This document shows positions 35,326 to 44,869 of a stretch of 64,000 nt of DNA, one piece after another; position 1 is the first letter of the stretch; each line of letters opens with the position of its first letter. The stretch lies in the IMG/VR virus record IMGVR_UViG_3300025168_000034, positions 32,001 through 96,000 of that record. The stretch is one strand, 5' to 3'. The stretch comes from a virus. The notes beneath the pieces were generated by a model. It was not told where the DNA came from, ran no database searches, and worked only from the letters and a program-made list of their open reading frames with translations. Made by a program: the position numbers and the translations under genes.

Positions 35326-35346
35326 CTTGTTGTTTTGGAATTTTTG

Positions 35347-35502
35347 TTACGCTTTAAAGGCTAGCATGAATTCTCTTGCTCCAATACCAAATGCAATACC
35401 TGCATAAAGTATCTCTCCCTTAATCAACAACGCAGCACCAACAGCTCCTGCAAGAGCAGCCTTGAACCACGATGAATTAACGATCGCTTTTACTTTTTCC
35501 AT
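35347..35502 (-). CDS. Small two-TM membrane protein
   Basis: MEKVKAIVNSSWFKAALAGAVGAALLIKGEILYAGIAFGIGAREFMLAFKA; start reassigned. Confidence 0.6.
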   Translation of the reverse strand: MEKVKAIVNSSWFKAALAGAVGAALLIKGEILYAGIAFGIGAREFMLAFKA

Positions 35503-35605
35503 TTTTCTGGGTTTTAGGCAGATTTTTTTGATCTGCACGGTTTATATTCTTCTTTGCTTTTGGTGTATGTTCTTTGACATATAAGTCGTATATCCAGTCT
35601 TTCAT
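35477..35605 (-). CDS. Small basic hypothetical protein (42 aa)
   Basis: MKDWIYDLYVKEHTPKAKK...; TGATG overlap with the nrdJ stop. Confidence 0.45.
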   Translation of the reverse strand: MKDWIYDLYVKEHTPKAKKNINRADQKNLPKTQKNGKSKSDR

Positions 35606-37461
35606 CATTTTACTTCACATGCTCCGCCTGCGCAAGCAATCTCTCCTTTTAGATCTGTTTCATCATCCGACTCTACAACTTGAGTTAAGTCTATATCTGT
35701 CAATACAGCCATCATCTCATTATACTTTTCTTCAGTAATATCTTCAAAAGGTGCTTGAGTGTATGTTCCTCCATCATACGGAAGTACAGATAGGCCACTG
35801 TAGTGGTTTTTATTCTCCCACATCCATTCACCAGCTAATTCCCAATCCTCTTCTTTTAAAGAAACGGTAGCTGATACATTGTGTGCATTATTACCTCCTC
35901 TGTGTCCAGGCTTAATCCATTGCTGATGCACTTGTTTGATTCTTTCTAATAACTGGAACGGTGATTCTGTTCTTAGGATTGCTCCTTCTGGCGCCTTTTG
36001 CGGTACTGAAATTACAGCTGTATCATGAGGTCTGAAGTATTCATCTTCTACTAAAGCAGGACATGCTTTTACTAGATAGTTGTATATAGCTTCGTTCTTT
36101 CCAACTCTCATTCTTCTTACATAGAAGTCGTTGTGCCATGCGTGAATTCCTGAGGACGTTCCCAGTGTTAATGATGTTGTTCCTGCAGGCTTTACTGTTG
36201 TGCATCTTGCAGATTTTTTAATGTTGATCAACTCTGCTACTCTTTGATTTTCTTCTTTAACAAGTTTTGCTGCGGATTTCATATCATATCCCAATACAGT
36301 ACCAGATCCAATTCCTGTCATTGATACTCCTATCAAAGCATCTTTCTCAGTTGTTCTTTGCCATATTGGTCGTAGGTAATGAAATTCTGTATATCCAGCT
36401 TGTAGTGTGCCAATGAGTGCTGCAGCTTTTACTCTTGCTTCAAAATCCTCTTGATCTACAATATTGGATACATTCACTTCACATAGGTTGCAGAATTGAA
36501 ATGGTCTTAGTGCAATCTCACAACATGGATTAGTTCCCCAATCCTTATCGTTAGATAGATAGATTCCAGGCTCACCTGCTCCACTAAGCTTTGTACGCTC
36601 CCAAAGATCCATAAACACATCCTTAGTAATCTTATGTCTCATCAAGCATGCTGAGTTGTTTGCTCTACCTCTTTGAGGATTGGTTTCCCACCAGTTACCT
36701 GACTTACATCCCATCATAGCATTGTCGTCAGTGCTAAACAAGCTGATAAGAGCCGCTCTTCTAATACCACCTGCTAGTACCGCATCTGCAATATGACACA
36801 CAATATCATGTACTTCAATTGGTTGTAATTGATCTCCATTTTGTTTTGCATCTAAGATACCTCTAACCTTTATCAAACACTCTTTCAATGGTTGAGGTCC
36901 TGGAGCCTTTCCTCCTGACGTTACTAGTCTTGCTCCTTTTGGTCTAATATCAGAGAAGTCAAACTGTAATGTTGATCCGCTATTAAAATAGTTTTTCATA
37001 AGAACCTTTACTGCATCTGCCCATCCTTCAATTGAATCTGCAATTACAAACCTTCTTTTTCTGTCTGGATTTGGTTTGTGTATTTCTGGTAGCTTTTCTA
37101 TGTGGTGTTTTTGTACAGAGTATCCAACTCCGGTTCCTCCTAGTAATAGGAACATTGTTTCACCGAATGCCCTTACGTCATCGATTGGTAGATAGGCACA
37201 ATTGTAAACTCGGTTAGGAGATATCTCAATTGGCTTTCCTGCAAACTGCATAGAACGCATTGATGGTAGAATTTTTTTGTCATAAACAAACTTATACGCT
37301 GCATCAATGTCCTTTGTGAGGTCTGGATACTTTTTTAAATGCATTGCTTTGTTTCTGGTAACAAGCTCTTCCCACGTTTCACGTCTCTGCAACTCAGGAA
37401 GGTATTTGGCGTATTTTGTGAAGACAGTGATGTCACTCAAGATCTGATTAGATTTTGTCAT
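35605..37461 (-). CDS. nrdJ: Class II (adenosylcobalamin-dependent) ribonucleotide reductase
   Basis: RRETWEE, LPSMR, YNCA, GGIRRAA, TNPCCEI, CNL, TTVKPAGT, C-terminal ACAGGACE. Confidence 0.92.
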   Translation of the reverse strand: MTKSNQILSDITVFTKYAKYLPELQRRETWEELVTRNKAMHLKKYPDLTKDIDAAYKFVYDKKILPSMRSMQFAGKPIEISPNRVYNCAYLPIDDVRAFGETMFLLLGGTGVGYSVQKHHIEKLPEIHKPNPDRKRRFVIADSIEGWADAVKVLMKNYFNSGSTLQFDFSDIRPKGARLVTSGGKAPGPQPLKECLIKVRGILDAKQNGDQLQPIEVHDIVCHIADAVLAGGIRRAALISLFSTDDNAMMGCKSGNWWETNPQRGRANNSACLMRHKITKDVFMDLWERTKLSGAGEPGIYLSNDKDWGTNPCCEIALRPFQFCNLCEVNVSNIVDQEDFEARVKAAALIGTLQAGYTEFHYLRPIWQRTTEKDALIGVSMTGIGSGTVLGYDMKSAAKLVKEENQRVAELINIKKSARCTTVKPAGTTSLTLGTSSGIHAWHNDFYVRRMRVGKNEAIYNYLVKACPALVEDEYFRPHDTAVISVPQKAPEGAILRTESPFQLLERIKQVHQQWIKPGHRGGNNAHNVSATVSLKEEDWELAGEWMWENKNHYSGLSVLPYDGGTYTQAPFEDITEEKYNEMMAVLTDIDLTQVVESDDETDLKGEIACAGGACEVK

Positions 37462-37552
37462 GGTGTAAATTGATTTTTATAAATAATTAATAGTAGTTTG
37501 TAATCGGCCGCTATGGCTATAAATAGGCGTTTTGTCCATTGAAATCGTCGTT

Positions 37553-38923
37553 TTAGTCGATTAATTTGTTTAATTCTTCAAATTTATTTGCCAAAGCATT
37601 TCTGATTACTGTATCGTCATTGTTCATAACTTTTTTAGTAGCCTGTCCTAGTATTGTGTTCTCTTCATATATCTCAATACCACACACTGCCATGTTCATC
37701 TTACTTGGGAAAGTCAACCCATCGGGTCCAAACCGATTCTTTATTATATGCCATCTTCCAGTTCCACTAATCTTATCAGCAGTCTTTCTTGATAATGATA
37801 CAATAAAGTCAGCTACCATTACTTTAGTGTATGATTCAGCAATCTTATCTGCTTCTATCACTTCCATCTCAGCTGCACTTCTATTTGCTTGAGATGCTGT
37901 CCATAATGGTATCTTATGTAATCCAGCTAGCCCTCTCAACTCTTCATAGATACCTCCAAGTACCTGATCGTGTCTAGCGTTCTTATTCGATCCTGCGTCT
38001 CTTAGTAGATCGGCATAATCCAGGAACACTATATCTGGAACAGCTCCTTGTATTGCACACTTATCTAGGTGTGCTGCTATAGTATTTACAGTTGCAGTCT
38101 TAGTTGGATAGTATTTGATTATCAACTTACCCTTCAACTTTTCCATAGCAATCTCAACTTCTTCTTTATGATACTTCAAATCAGAAGTTGGGATGCCAGT
38201 GTAATAGCTGTCAAACCTTCCACCCACATAAGTGTCAGAAAGCTCTAATGTATAATACACAACATTCATTCCTTGCTTTGCACAATGCGCAGCTGCATTT
38301 ACTAAAGCCATTGATTTACCAATACCTGCAGGTGCTACAAATACTCCCATCTCACCTGGACCTAATCCACCATCGGTTATGTCATTAATGACTTCCCATG
38401 GAGTTGGTACAGTCTTTCTGCTATTCGCACTGAACCTTTCTTCTATGTGATCAATATACTCATGACCAATGTCTTTATCTGATCCAGCTTTCATAGCCTC
38501 ATCTACTGTGCTTTTAATTGCATCATACTTGCCTTGTTGAAGAAGTTGAACAGACTCTAGTATTGCAGCTTTTAGTTTCTGATTCTTACAAAAGTCGATT
38601 GTCTTGTCTTTTATGTAATCTGAATCTAAAGCATCTATATGTTTCATGACATCTTTTAGATTATCAATTACAGTAGTCTTTAGAACATCTTGTTCGATAC
38701 TATCAATCTCAACTTTCATCACCTCTAATGTCGGTGTTGTTTTGTATTCGTTAAAATACTTTGCAATAGTCTTTGCAATCCATTGTGATGATTCTGAAGA
38801 GAAGTATGTTGGATCAAGTATGTCGTGTATCTGTTGTAGGTATATTCGATCCTTAATTAGGACCGCTAACAGCTTACTTTGAAAACCAGCTCCGTATAAT
38901 TGAAAAGTATCTTGTGTTCCCAT
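37553..38923 (-). CDS. Replicative DnaB-like (SF4) helicase
   Basis: APAGIGKS, YYTLEL, LDYADLL, WTASQANR, KNRFGPDG. Confidence 0.92.
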   Translation of the reverse strand: MGTQDTFQLYGAGFQSKLLAVLIKDRIYLQQIHDILDPTYFSSESSQWIAKTIAKYFNEYKTTPTLEVMKVEIDSIEQDVLKTTVIDNLKDVMKHIDALDSDYIKDKTIDFCKNQKLKAAILESVQLLQQGKYDAIKSTVDEAMKAGSDKDIGHEYIDHIEERFSANSRKTVPTPWEVINDITDGGLGPGEMGVFVAPAGIGKSMALVNAAAHCAKQGMNVVYYTLELSDTYVGGRFDSYYTGIPTSDLKYHKEEVEIAMEKLKGKLIIKYYPTKTATVNTIAAHLDKCAIQGAVPDIVFLDYADLLRDAGSNKNARHDQVLGGIYEELRGLAGLHKIPLWTASQANRSAAEMEVIEADKIAESYTKVMVADFIVSLSRKTADKISGTGRWHIIKNRFGPDGLTFPSKMNMAVCGIEIYEENTILGQATKKVMNNDDTVIRNALANKFEELNKLID

Positions 38924-38930
38924 GTGGATG

Positions 38931-38959
38931 AATATACGGTTTATTAATGTAACTTACAA
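38931..38959 (-). promoter_or_regulatory. Class-2 promoter TTGTAA-N17-TATATT
   Basis: 7 nt upstream of the helicase ATG. Confidence 0.7.
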
Positions 38960-39997
38960 CAAGTTTGTGTATTGATTTATTTTGGTGGTAACATCTCGTA
39001 ACCACATTTCTGGATTACGTATAGCGTTTGTCATTCCATCTTCGATTAGTAGTCTGTGAAATGTCATCTTTGCTAAGCTACGTCCTTCAGCATCCATAGT
39101 ATCATGTATGCGAAGTTGTGTAGTTGCGTTTAGTAGTGTTTCACCTAGCTGCATTATCTCATGATACAACTCTATATCTTTAACATTATTCTCCACAATG
39201 TTGTAGGCTTTAATTTTAGAGTCTTGCACCAGATCTTTATTGTAGCTGAAGAATTCTTTGAGATTGATTACTTCTTGTTCGGCCATCCGTGGCCATCTCT
39301 TCAATATTGTCTTTAGCTTTAGGCCGGGAGCTCCTGGAATATTATCCGAGGAGTCCCCTTCCAAAGCTCGATACACTGCGAAGTTTTGAGGAATGACTCC
39401 ATACTCACTATACACATCATCTTCATAATACAATTTCTTTTTCGTTGGGCTCCATACGTGTACGTTATTGGATACCAGTTGTAAGAAATCCTTATCGGAT
39501 GACATAATAAATGAGTGGGAGTCTTTCGGTGTAAGTATGTTATTTGCGATGTAAGCAATTACATCATCAGCTTCTGCTCCATCTAAAGTTATTACGGTGA
39601 TCGGTAAAGTCTCAAGATAGTCAATCAATCTAATTAATTGTTCTAGTTGATTATCTTCCTTGTCTACGGATTGTGCTCTGTTGAGCCTAATGCTGACTTT
39701 ACGTGTTGCTTTATATTCTGGATACAGCTTTCTTCTAGCAGCTGATCCATTTTTACCATCAAACACGACAATGACCCGAGTAGGGCTCATCGTCTTGATA
39801 GCGTGACCCATACTAGATAAGAATCCTGAGATCCCACCGCAATGCTCACCATTAGCGTTTAGGGTGGGTGTTGCTGAGTAAGCTCGTATAAATGTGTTTA
39901 ATCCGTCTATGATTAATACTCGGTCGTCTCTATGTTTAGATTCTTCTGTCTCACGCAACTTTAATTGATTGAGCAATTTAGCATACTTATTTTTCAT
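38954..39997 (-). CDS. 5'-3' exonuclease / flap endonuclease
   Basis: LIIDGLN, VFDG, YPEYKATR, EADDVIA, SSDKDFLQL, GDSSDNIPG. Confidence 0.93.
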   Translation of the reverse strand: MKNKYAKLLNQLKLRETEESKHRDDRVLIIDGLNTFIRAYSATPTLNANGEHCGGISGFLSSMGHAIKTMSPTRVIVVFDGKNGSAARRKLYPEYKATRKVSIRLNRAQSVDKEDNQLEQLIRLIDYLETLPITVITLDGAEADDVIAYIANNILTPKDSHSFIMSSDKDFLQLVSNNVHVWSPTKKKLYYEDDVYSEYGVIPQNFAVYRALEGDSSDNIPGAPGLKLKTILKRWPRMAEQEVINLKEFFSYNKDLVQDSKIKAYNIVENNVKDIELYHEIMQLGETLLNATTQLRIHDTMDAEGRSLAKMTFHRLLIEDGMTNAIRNPEMWLRDVTTKINQYTNLL

Positions 39998-41154
39998 TCC
40001 TCGTCTTGGTTTAGTGGTGTATCAATTCCTTCCATATTAGAGGTGTCAATTGTCAACTCATCCGGATCAATTTCCGTCTGTGTTTTGTAATGCGATATAC
40101 TATTCTGTTCAATAGCATTTTTGCAATACGCTCTAACCTCTGGTCTCTTGAGTATGTCTCTCCACTCTTTACTTTGGAATTTAACAACCTCTCCAGTATC
40201 CTCCATTATGAGGGTGTACCAAGATCCTCCCACTGTTATAACTTTATACTTCTTGAGTGTGTCTAACCAACTAGCGTCATCATCTATTCCAGAATCAAAG
40301 TATATACTAAACTTCGCTTTCTTAAAAGGAGGTCCATATCTATTCTTTACGACTGTGGCTTGTGTGTTTACGCCAATTATATCTCCATCACTATCCTTGA
40401 TCTTACCAACAGCTTGAAGTCTCACTCTACAGCTTGCATGGAATGGCAAAGCCTTTCCTCCACTTGTAGTGTATTTGTCTCCAAACATAGCGCCTAACTT
40501 TTCTCTCAACTGATTTGTAAACGCTAAGATTACTTTCTCTTTTCCAATAAGATTGGTTATCTTTCTTAACGCTTTCGACATAATAATAGCTTTGGATGTA
40601 GCCCATCCATCTTTATCATAGTCAGCATCTTGCTCTATCTTCGTGGTAGCTGCTGCTACTGAATCTACAACAATTGTAACAAGTCTGTCTTTACTAGTCT
40701 TACGAATATCAAGTATAAGATTCTCTATTGCTTCAAAGATGTCTTCAATTGTATCCATTGGTAGGTAAAGCATGTTCTTGACATCAACACCAATTGCAGT
40801 AAGAAACTCTTCACTTAGTGCATTCTCAGTATCAATGTAAACTGCTATACCACCTTTCTTCTGAGTATTAGCTAATAGGTGAGCTGCGATCAGAGATTTA
40901 CCGGACGCTTCAAGCCCGGTAAATTCTGCGATTCTTCCTACTGGTAATCCTCCGTTAGGTCGATTTGATATGGCAAGGTCTAGATCTGTTGATCCGGTTG
41001 ACACCCAATCCGAAAGATCGGTTTGTGTTTTCTCTTCTCCTAGGAAGTGAACAGCTTTGAAGTCTTTAAACTTCTTATTTAGACTTGATGCCAACTCTTG
41101 AGCTAGCTCGTCCCTTCCCGCTATTTCATCGGGTGTAACTTTTGCTTTTGCCAT
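39994..41154 (-). CDS. recA: RecA/UvsX-like recombinase
   Basis: STGS..LD, GGLPVGRI, GLEASGKS, YIDTENA, VVDSVAA, NQLR, SGGKALPF, KNR. Confidence 0.93.
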   Translation of the reverse strand: MAKAKVTPDEIAGRDELAQELASSLNKKFKDFKAVHFLGEEKTQTDLSDWVSTGSTDLDLAISNRPNGGLPVGRIAEFTGLEASGKSLIAAHLLANTQKKGGIAVYIDTENALSEEFLTAIGVDVKNMLYLPMDTIEDIFEAIENLILDIRKTSKDRLVTIVVDSVAAATTKIEQDADYDKDGWATSKAIIMSKALRKITNLIGKEKVILAFTNQLREKLGAMFGDKYTTSGGKALPFHASCRVRLQAVGKIKDSDGDIIGVNTQATVVKNRYGPPFKKAKFSIYFDSGIDDDASWLDTLKKYKVITVGGSWYTLIMEDTGEVVKFQSKEWRDILKRPEVRAYCKNAIEQNSISHYKTQTEIDPDELTIDTSNMEGIDTPLNQDEE

Positions 41155-41159
41155 AACTG

Positions 41160-41924
41160 TTATGAATTAAATAAATCTCCGAATGCTGTTGAGATGTCTT
41201 CTGTTGTGTTTGCCGTCTTAGCTCCAGTAATTGGTGCCTTCGTAGTAGTAGCTTCGCCACCTTCACCAGGCTTCAACCAATCCTCTAATGCAACTTTCAT
41301 ATCGTCATACGATAGCTCAGTAAACATCTTTGTTAATTCTGGTTGCTTGTTAACAATCATTTCTGCAACATTCTTATCTTCTGTTGCTGGTGTTGTGTTA
41401 GGCTTAACTCTAACATTGTAAGATGGATAGCCACCCTCCTTGTCTGGAGCGATGTGTTCGATTGTTACGTCACGACCGTTTGTTAAGTCAGTGATATCTC
41501 CATAATCTGGATCTGTGATTACTCCTAATAACTCAGAGTATATCTTCTTACCAAAAGCATAGAACTTAACTCCTTCAGATTCTTGTCCTCTAACAATTAC
41601 GGGAGTGTAACATCTGAACTTTGGTTCCATCTTTCTTCCCATCTTCCAATCTTCTTTGTCTCCAGTGCTTTTAAGCTTCTCTGCAAATTCAAGTACAGGA
41701 TCAGGTCTTCCAAATGAGCTCGGAGAGATCATTGTTTTCTTTCCTATATCGTAATGAAAATAAAGTTCTTGAAAAGGGTTTGATTTGTCGAACGAATAAG
41801 GTACTATTCTTACTTGTGATTTTCCGACTGGTGGTTTCCAGAATACATCTGAGTTTCTGCTTCCACCGCTTGTTGTTTGAAGCTCTTGCAGCTTCGCTTT
41901 AATTGCATCTAAATCTAGTGCCAT
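41160..41924 (-). CDS. Single-stranded DNA-binding protein (gp32-like)
   Basis: FWKP..G...VRIVP, PF..LYFHY, FGKKIY, DYGDITD...GRD, acidic C-terminus ending FGDLFNS; next to recA. Confidence 0.8.
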   Translation of the reverse strand: MALDLDAIKAKLQELQTTSGGSRNSDVFWKPPVGKSQVRIVPYSFDKSNPFQELYFHYDIGKKTMISPSSFGRPDPVLEFAEKLKSTGDKEDWKMGRKMEPKFRCYTPVIVRGQESEGVKFYAFGKKIYSELLGVITDPDYGDITDLTNGRDVTIEHIAPDKEGGYPSYNVRVKPNTTPATEDKNVAEMIVNKQPELTKMFTELSYDDMKVALEDWLKPGEGGEATTTKAPITGAKTANTTEDISTAFGDLFNS

Positions 41925-42063
41925 TTTTTGTTTTGTTTTTATTGGTTTATATTTATATTTAACTGTCCTATTAAGTATCGGGTATCTTGTTGAGCTATTT
42001 CTTTTTATTTCTTTGTACTATATTTATGCTCTTATTGTACCGCTGACTTAATACATTAGACTA

Positions 42064-42092
42064 ACTATACTGCTTTTCTACCGTATTTGCAA
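42064..42092 (-). promoter_or_regulatory. Class-2 promoter TTGCAA-N17-TATAGT
   Basis: About 140 nt upstream of the ssb ATG. Confidence 0.7.
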
Positions 42093-42100
42093 CTTTTATT

Positions 42101-42475
42101 TCATTGTAAATGTTTTATTTCTACACTCCTAAAAGATCCATCTCGATTAGTAAGTAGTAGGCGATTAGTAAATTGGGTCCAATCAACACGATATGTTTTA
42201 TCTAACACACCATTGTTTTGCTCGCGTATTAATGCATTAAGGGCATTAATGCTATACAATGTTTCTGTATCTTTTTTGCGATTGATTGTAATTGTGTCTG
42301 ACATTCTGCTTTGCGTATTGAATGTATTGTATATGCAAACAACTGAAGAGTCTTCAGTATATTGATAGCATCTCATGTTTGAAACATTTTCAACTTGATA
42401 AGTTTTGTGAATGCGTGTAATGCAAGAGGGTAGCTCCGACACGGTCGTAAAGGTGCAAAGTAACTGAGATCTCAT
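42101..42475 (-). CDS. Conserved-looking hypothetical phage protein
   Basis: QLLCTFT...TITINRKKDTETLYSINALN..I...NNGVLD. Confidence 0.7.
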   Translation of the reverse strand: MRSQLLCTFTTVSELPSCITRIHKTYQVENVSNMRCYQYTEDSSVVCIYNTFNTQSRMSDTITINRKKDTETLYSINALNALIREQNNGVLDKTYRVDWTQFTNRLLLTNRDGSFRSVEIKHLQ

Positions 42476-42478
42476 TTA

Positions 42479-42739
42479 TTATCCTGAAGTTTCGTCGGGC
42501 TTCTCAGATGCTGCTTTACCTTGTGCTGTTTTTAAGACTGCTATTTGGTCCTGCAGAGCTTTGATTTGCTCCTCTTTTGTTTTAATTCTTTGGTCCATCT
42601 CCTTCTTCTCTGCGTCAATCTCTCCTTGAGTCTTTTCTGCTAAAATTTTTTTTGAATACTTAATATTGTTTTGCTGGAAATAGCTCTCCAATCTACGGCG
42701 AACTTTCTCCTTCAATACCTTTCTCTTATGATCCTTCAT
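42479..42739 (-). CDS. Small coiled-coil late protein with LxE sites
   Basis: Start reassigned to MKDHKRK, 3 nt after TATTTATA (42743-42750). Confidence 0.6.
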   Translation of the reverse strand: MKDHKRKVLKEKVRRRLESYFQQNNIKYSKKILAEKTQGEIDAEKKEMDQRIKTKEEQIKALQDQIAVLKTAQGKAASEKPDETSG

Positions 42740-42753
42740 ACTTATAAATAGGA

Positions 42754-44079
42754 CTAAGTTGTGCAAAAATCTAAATTTGCGTAATTATTTCCTTGCTTTA
42801 CTTTGATAGGAAATTTATACAAATCTATTGATGCTGGTATGATTTTATTCATTAATAAATTCTTATGACGGTTGTGTACATCAAATAATACACTATCATA
42901 TGTGTAGAGTATTGGTTTACCTTTGATTCCAGATTGTACAAAATGCTCAGCCATTGTACTTAACATCTCTACATTATATTCAGTCTCCATCATCTGAATG
43001 TAGTAGTTGAAAAAGGTGTAAGGAGTAACATCTTTGTAGTTTTCCCAATACATCACTCTGTGTGATATCGGACTCTCTACACGATAGTTTTCTCTCTTTT
43101 CCCACAGATCCTTTACAAAGGCATCTGTTTTTGCAAAGAATGGTATATGTAAATAATCCTTACGTATTCCTCCATACAGTTGTCTGAATGTATCTTCTTT
43201 AGCTTTAGATATTTGATCTTGTGTAGGATTGTCTGTGTTGTGATAGTGCTTAGCTAAATGCTCGTAAACATTGTCTTCACCAAAATCGTAATCAATTAGT
43301 GTTGCAATAATTCTAGGATGGTATGAGTTAAAATCTAATTCTACTAAACACCCATCATCACCATACCTACTAACAAAGCATTCACGTGTCTCATCTTTAG
43401 GCAATGCTGCATAGTTTACTCCTCCAAAGCGATTACTAGGTCTTCCGGTAGTTGTGTAGTAGTTGTATTGCGTGTAGCATTTGTCACCAACTCGGCTAAA
43501 GGTTTTTCCAAATCGTTCTTTATACCTTTCCTTATCTACACGTAATCCACTCGACTCAATCCAATTAAACACTCCTCGAAGTTTGTTTGCATAAAAATCA
43601 TAACCGCTAGGAACATTAATATCTATGAATTGATTACATATACGATCTACTCGCTCTTGTAGTTTGAGTAATGATATAAGTGAGTTTGTTTTCTTACATC
43701 CTGACATGCTACGATTATATCGTGTAACCATCACACCTGATTCTTTTTCTAGCTTTTGTCTAGTTCTAAGATAGTGTATCATATCAAGGTCCATGAATGT
43801 TGGTTCTGATCCTAATTGAAACTCATAATTTTTAAAAAGATGAATATCTGTACAGAATAGTAGGTTAGAAAACTTACTCAACAAGGATAGTGACATATTA
43901 TAAACAGCCTCTGGATGATCTACTCCTACAATATAGGATGGACCTAAGTGGCCTTCTTTAATTGCTAATGCAATAATCTTATTCTGTGTAGAATGTACTC
44001 GATCGTCTTCTGGGATTGGCACTATGAATAGTGCTTTGTCTTGCAATTCTAGTAACTGCTGTTCGCTATCTATAACCAT
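42754..44079 (-). CDS. Short atypical family A polymerase-like protein (degenerate exonuclease domain)
   Basis: TTTGRPSN, motif A ELDFNSYHPRI, motif B KAKEDTFRQLYGG, motif C YTYDSVLFD, terminal GNNY. Confidence 0.8.
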   Translation of the reverse strand: MVIDSEQQLLELQDKALFIVPIPEDDRVHSTQNKIIALAIKEGHLGPSYIVGVDHPEAVYNMSLSLLSKFSNLLFCTDIHLFKNYEFQLGSEPTFMDLDMIHYLRTRQKLEKESGVMVTRYNRSMSGCKKTNSLISLLKLQERVDRICNQFIDINVPSGYDFYANKLRGVFNWIESSGLRVDKERYKERFGKTFSRVGDKCYTQYNYYTTTGRPSNRFGGVNYAALPKDETRECFVSRYGDDGCLVELDFNSYHPRIIATLIDYDFGEDNVYEHLAKHYHNTDNPTQDQISKAKEDTFRQLYGGIRKDYLHIPFFAKTDAFVKDLWEKRENYRVESPISHRVMYWENYKDVTPYTFFNYYIQMMETEYNVEMLSTMAEHFVQSGIKGKPILYTYDSVLFDVHNRHKNLLMNKIIPASIDLYKFPIKVKQGNNYANLDFCTT

Positions 44080-44085
44080 AATGTA

Positions 44086-44114
44086 ACTATACGCTTTTTT
44101 TATCTAGGAGGCAA
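44086..44114 (-). promoter_or_regulatory. Class-2 promoter TTGCCT-N17-TATAGT
   Basis: 6 nt upstream of the ATG at 44079. Confidence 0.7.
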
Positions 44115-44858
44115 TGGTTCGGGTGGAATAATTTTACCAGATTGCAAATCAAAAGTTCTTTTTAGGGTTGGTTTATTCCCACTTGTTAGCTTGTTGTTAG
44201 TTAATAATGCTTCTGGATTACCGAATTCTGTTTGAGCGGTAGGCACTGCAAATTGTATATAATTGCTAATAAGAGATGGCAAGTCGGCAACTGTTTGAGA
44301 TGCTATGCTTACGCGTTCTTTGTTAGTTTTTTCTATAAACTCAATGGTTCCAGTCAACTGCCACAACACATCTACATAATCGTAAATATTAGAATCAATT
44401 CCAAAATCACTACCAAACTTATCCCTTTGTGCTGAATCAATCTCTACTGCAAAATTGCCTGACCCTCGTCGTTGTACAAAAAACCTTGTGTCAAACCCTA
44501 ACTCATACATTCCATCAGAAGGTCTGACAAGGTATGTATATGGTATAGGGTCTACGTGATCTTTAAGAGGTGTTACGAATTTGTGTAATCTATCATAAAC
44601 AAAATTATCCATGTCGTCATAATATGGTAACAGTTGAATACCGTTGTCTATACGTCCTTGTGGTTTAGTAGGACCAGTATATGTTTTTCCATCGTTACGT
44701 CTATGATACTCTCCTATATATTCTTCACCCATTCTTGTAGTAAACTCCCCACCTTTAGTGTACTTATAAGATTGCTCACTCCTTATAATCTGTCCAGGTG
44801 TAGGTCTATTAAATCCTTTTGATTTTTTTCTATTACGTTTACTTCCTCTCTGTCCCAT
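44100..44858 (-). CDS. Putative baseplate-associated protein
   Basis: Ends the tail module; late motif 3 nt upstream (44862-44869); YTKGGEF...EYIGEYH...TGP. Confidence 0.45.
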   Translation of the reverse strand: MGQRGSKRNRKKSKGFNRPTPGQIIRSEQSYKYTKGGEFTTRMGEEYIGEYHRRNDGKTYTGPTKPQGRIDNGIQLLPYYDDMDNFVYDRLHKFVTPLKDHVDPIPYTYLVRPSDGMYELGFDTRFFVQRRGSGNFAVEIDSAQRDKFGSDFGIDSNIYDYVDVLWQLTGTIEFIEKTNKERVSIASQTVADLPSLISNYIQFAVPTAQTEFGNPEALLTNNKLTSGNKPTLKRTFDLQSGKIIPPEPLPPR

Positions 44859-44869
44859 GCTTATAAATA

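Noticed and set aside
37462-37552. Cobalamin riboswitch upstream of nrdJ
   Set aside because: The gap is only about 90 nt, AT-rich, and has no B12-box-like sequence.
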